This document shows, in pieces, positions 63,186 to 64,000 of a stretch of 64,000 bases of DNA. The stretch is from the NCBI GenBank assembly GCA_047150005.1, contig AP038806.1, positions 3,936,001-4,000,000 on the forward strand. Reading direction: 5' to 3'. The stretch is from Nitrospira sp. (GTDB lineage Bacteria > Nitrospirota > Nitrospiria > Nitrospirales > Nitrospiraceae). The translations under genes were made by a program, and so were the position numbers. The notes below the pieces were generated by a model. The model was not told where the DNA came from. It worked only from the letters and a program-made list of their open reading frames with translations, and made no database searches. Every line of letters starts with the position of its first letter. The stretch's first letter is position 1.

Positions 63186-64000
63186 ATGACCATCCTATTT
63201 CGTTATCTGCTGCGCGAGTATGCCAAGATCTTCGGCATGTGCTTTGCCGGCCTCATGACCATTTATCTCGTCATCGATTTCTTTGAGAAGGTCCGGCGGT
63301 TCCTCCGCTTTGACGCGAGTTGGTTGGACGTGCTCGGATACTTCGCCCTGAAGGTGCCGGCGATCTCCTACCAGATCGCTCCGCTGGCCATCCTCATGGC
63401 GACCCTGCTCACACTCGGTTTGTTGTCCCGCAGCCACGAAATCACGGCCATGCGGAGCTGCGGTATCAGCCTGCCGCGAATCACTTCCCCCTTTCACACC
63501 CTGGCCGTCGGGCTGGCCATGGTGCTGCTGCTATTCAGTTCGACCGTCATCCCTCTGGCTTCCAACAAGGCCGAGGAAATCCGCGCAATCCGCATCGAGA
63601 AAAAATCACCTTCGACGGCCTTGAGGCTGCCACAGCCGTGGGCGCGGATGGGCGCCGATACCATCCTGCACGTCAAAAGCGTCGCCGTGGGCGGCGGCAG
63701 CCTCAGCGGCGTCAGACTGTTTCACTTTGACCCTCACTTTCGCCTGATCGACATGACGGAAGCACAGGAAGCCCGGTATGTCGACCATGCCTGGACCTTG
63801 CATCAGGGATTCCGTCGGGCATTCCAGCCGGACGGCGCGATCCTTCTTGAACCGTTCGAGCACATGCCCGTGCCGTTGACGTTGATTCCGGAAGATTTCA
63901 CCACCTGGCTGGCCAGCGATTCCGAATCCATGACTTTCCGAGACATTCGCGAGCACACCACGCGCTTATATCACAACGGCTCTCAGATCACCCGATTGAA
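63186..64000 (+). CDS. lptG: LPS export permease LptG (truncated by window end)
   Basis: MTILFRYLLREY..., LSRSHEITAMRSCGIS; directly follows lptF. Confidence 0.85.
   Translation, partial: MTILFRYLLREYAKIFGMCFAGLMTIYLVIDFFEKVRRFLRFDASWLDVLGYFALKVPAISYQIAPLAILMATLLTLGLLSRSHEITAMRSCGISLPRITSPFHTLAVGLAMVLLLFSSTVIPLASNKAEEIRAIRIEKKSPSTALRLPQPWARMGADTILHVKSVAVGGGSLSGVRLFHFDPHFRLIDMTEAQEARYVDHAWTLHQGFRRAFQPDGAILLEPFEHMPVPLTLIPEDFTTWLASDSESMTFRDIREHTTRLYHNGSQITRL

Overview
GC-rich bacterial chromosomal segment; gene order and protein style suggest a Nitrospira-like (Nitrospirota) genome, which is an inference and not checked against a database. Core genes: ACT-domain malic enzyme, gmd-fcl, tRNA(CAT), rpoD-dnaG, HIT-hisIE-hisF-hisA-hisH, dnaE-accA, prfC, trmL, cold-shock protein, lptF-lptG. 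The most striking accessory locus is a tandem array (19.7-27.9 kb) of five lipoproteins made almost entirely of ~90-aa putative Ig-like repeats (8, 7, 4, 2 and 4 domains). They share a C-N-D-[VM]-S-x-A-P plus Pro-rich start of the mature protein, have unrelated signal peptides and show domain-level mosaicism. Other candidates: an ArfA/ArfB (Rv0899/Rv0900)-like gene pair, a compact lysine-catabolic cluster with a minimal HglS/DUF1338-like enzyme, a PilJ/NarX-type sensor fused to a KdpD-like kinase, sigma-54-like promoters with a perfect 16-bp inverted repeat, a probable leaderless dnaE with an odd catalytic-motif substitution, and a frameshifted small gene. No IS, integrase, CRISPR array or rRNA was seen. 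All annotations come from reading motifs by eye.
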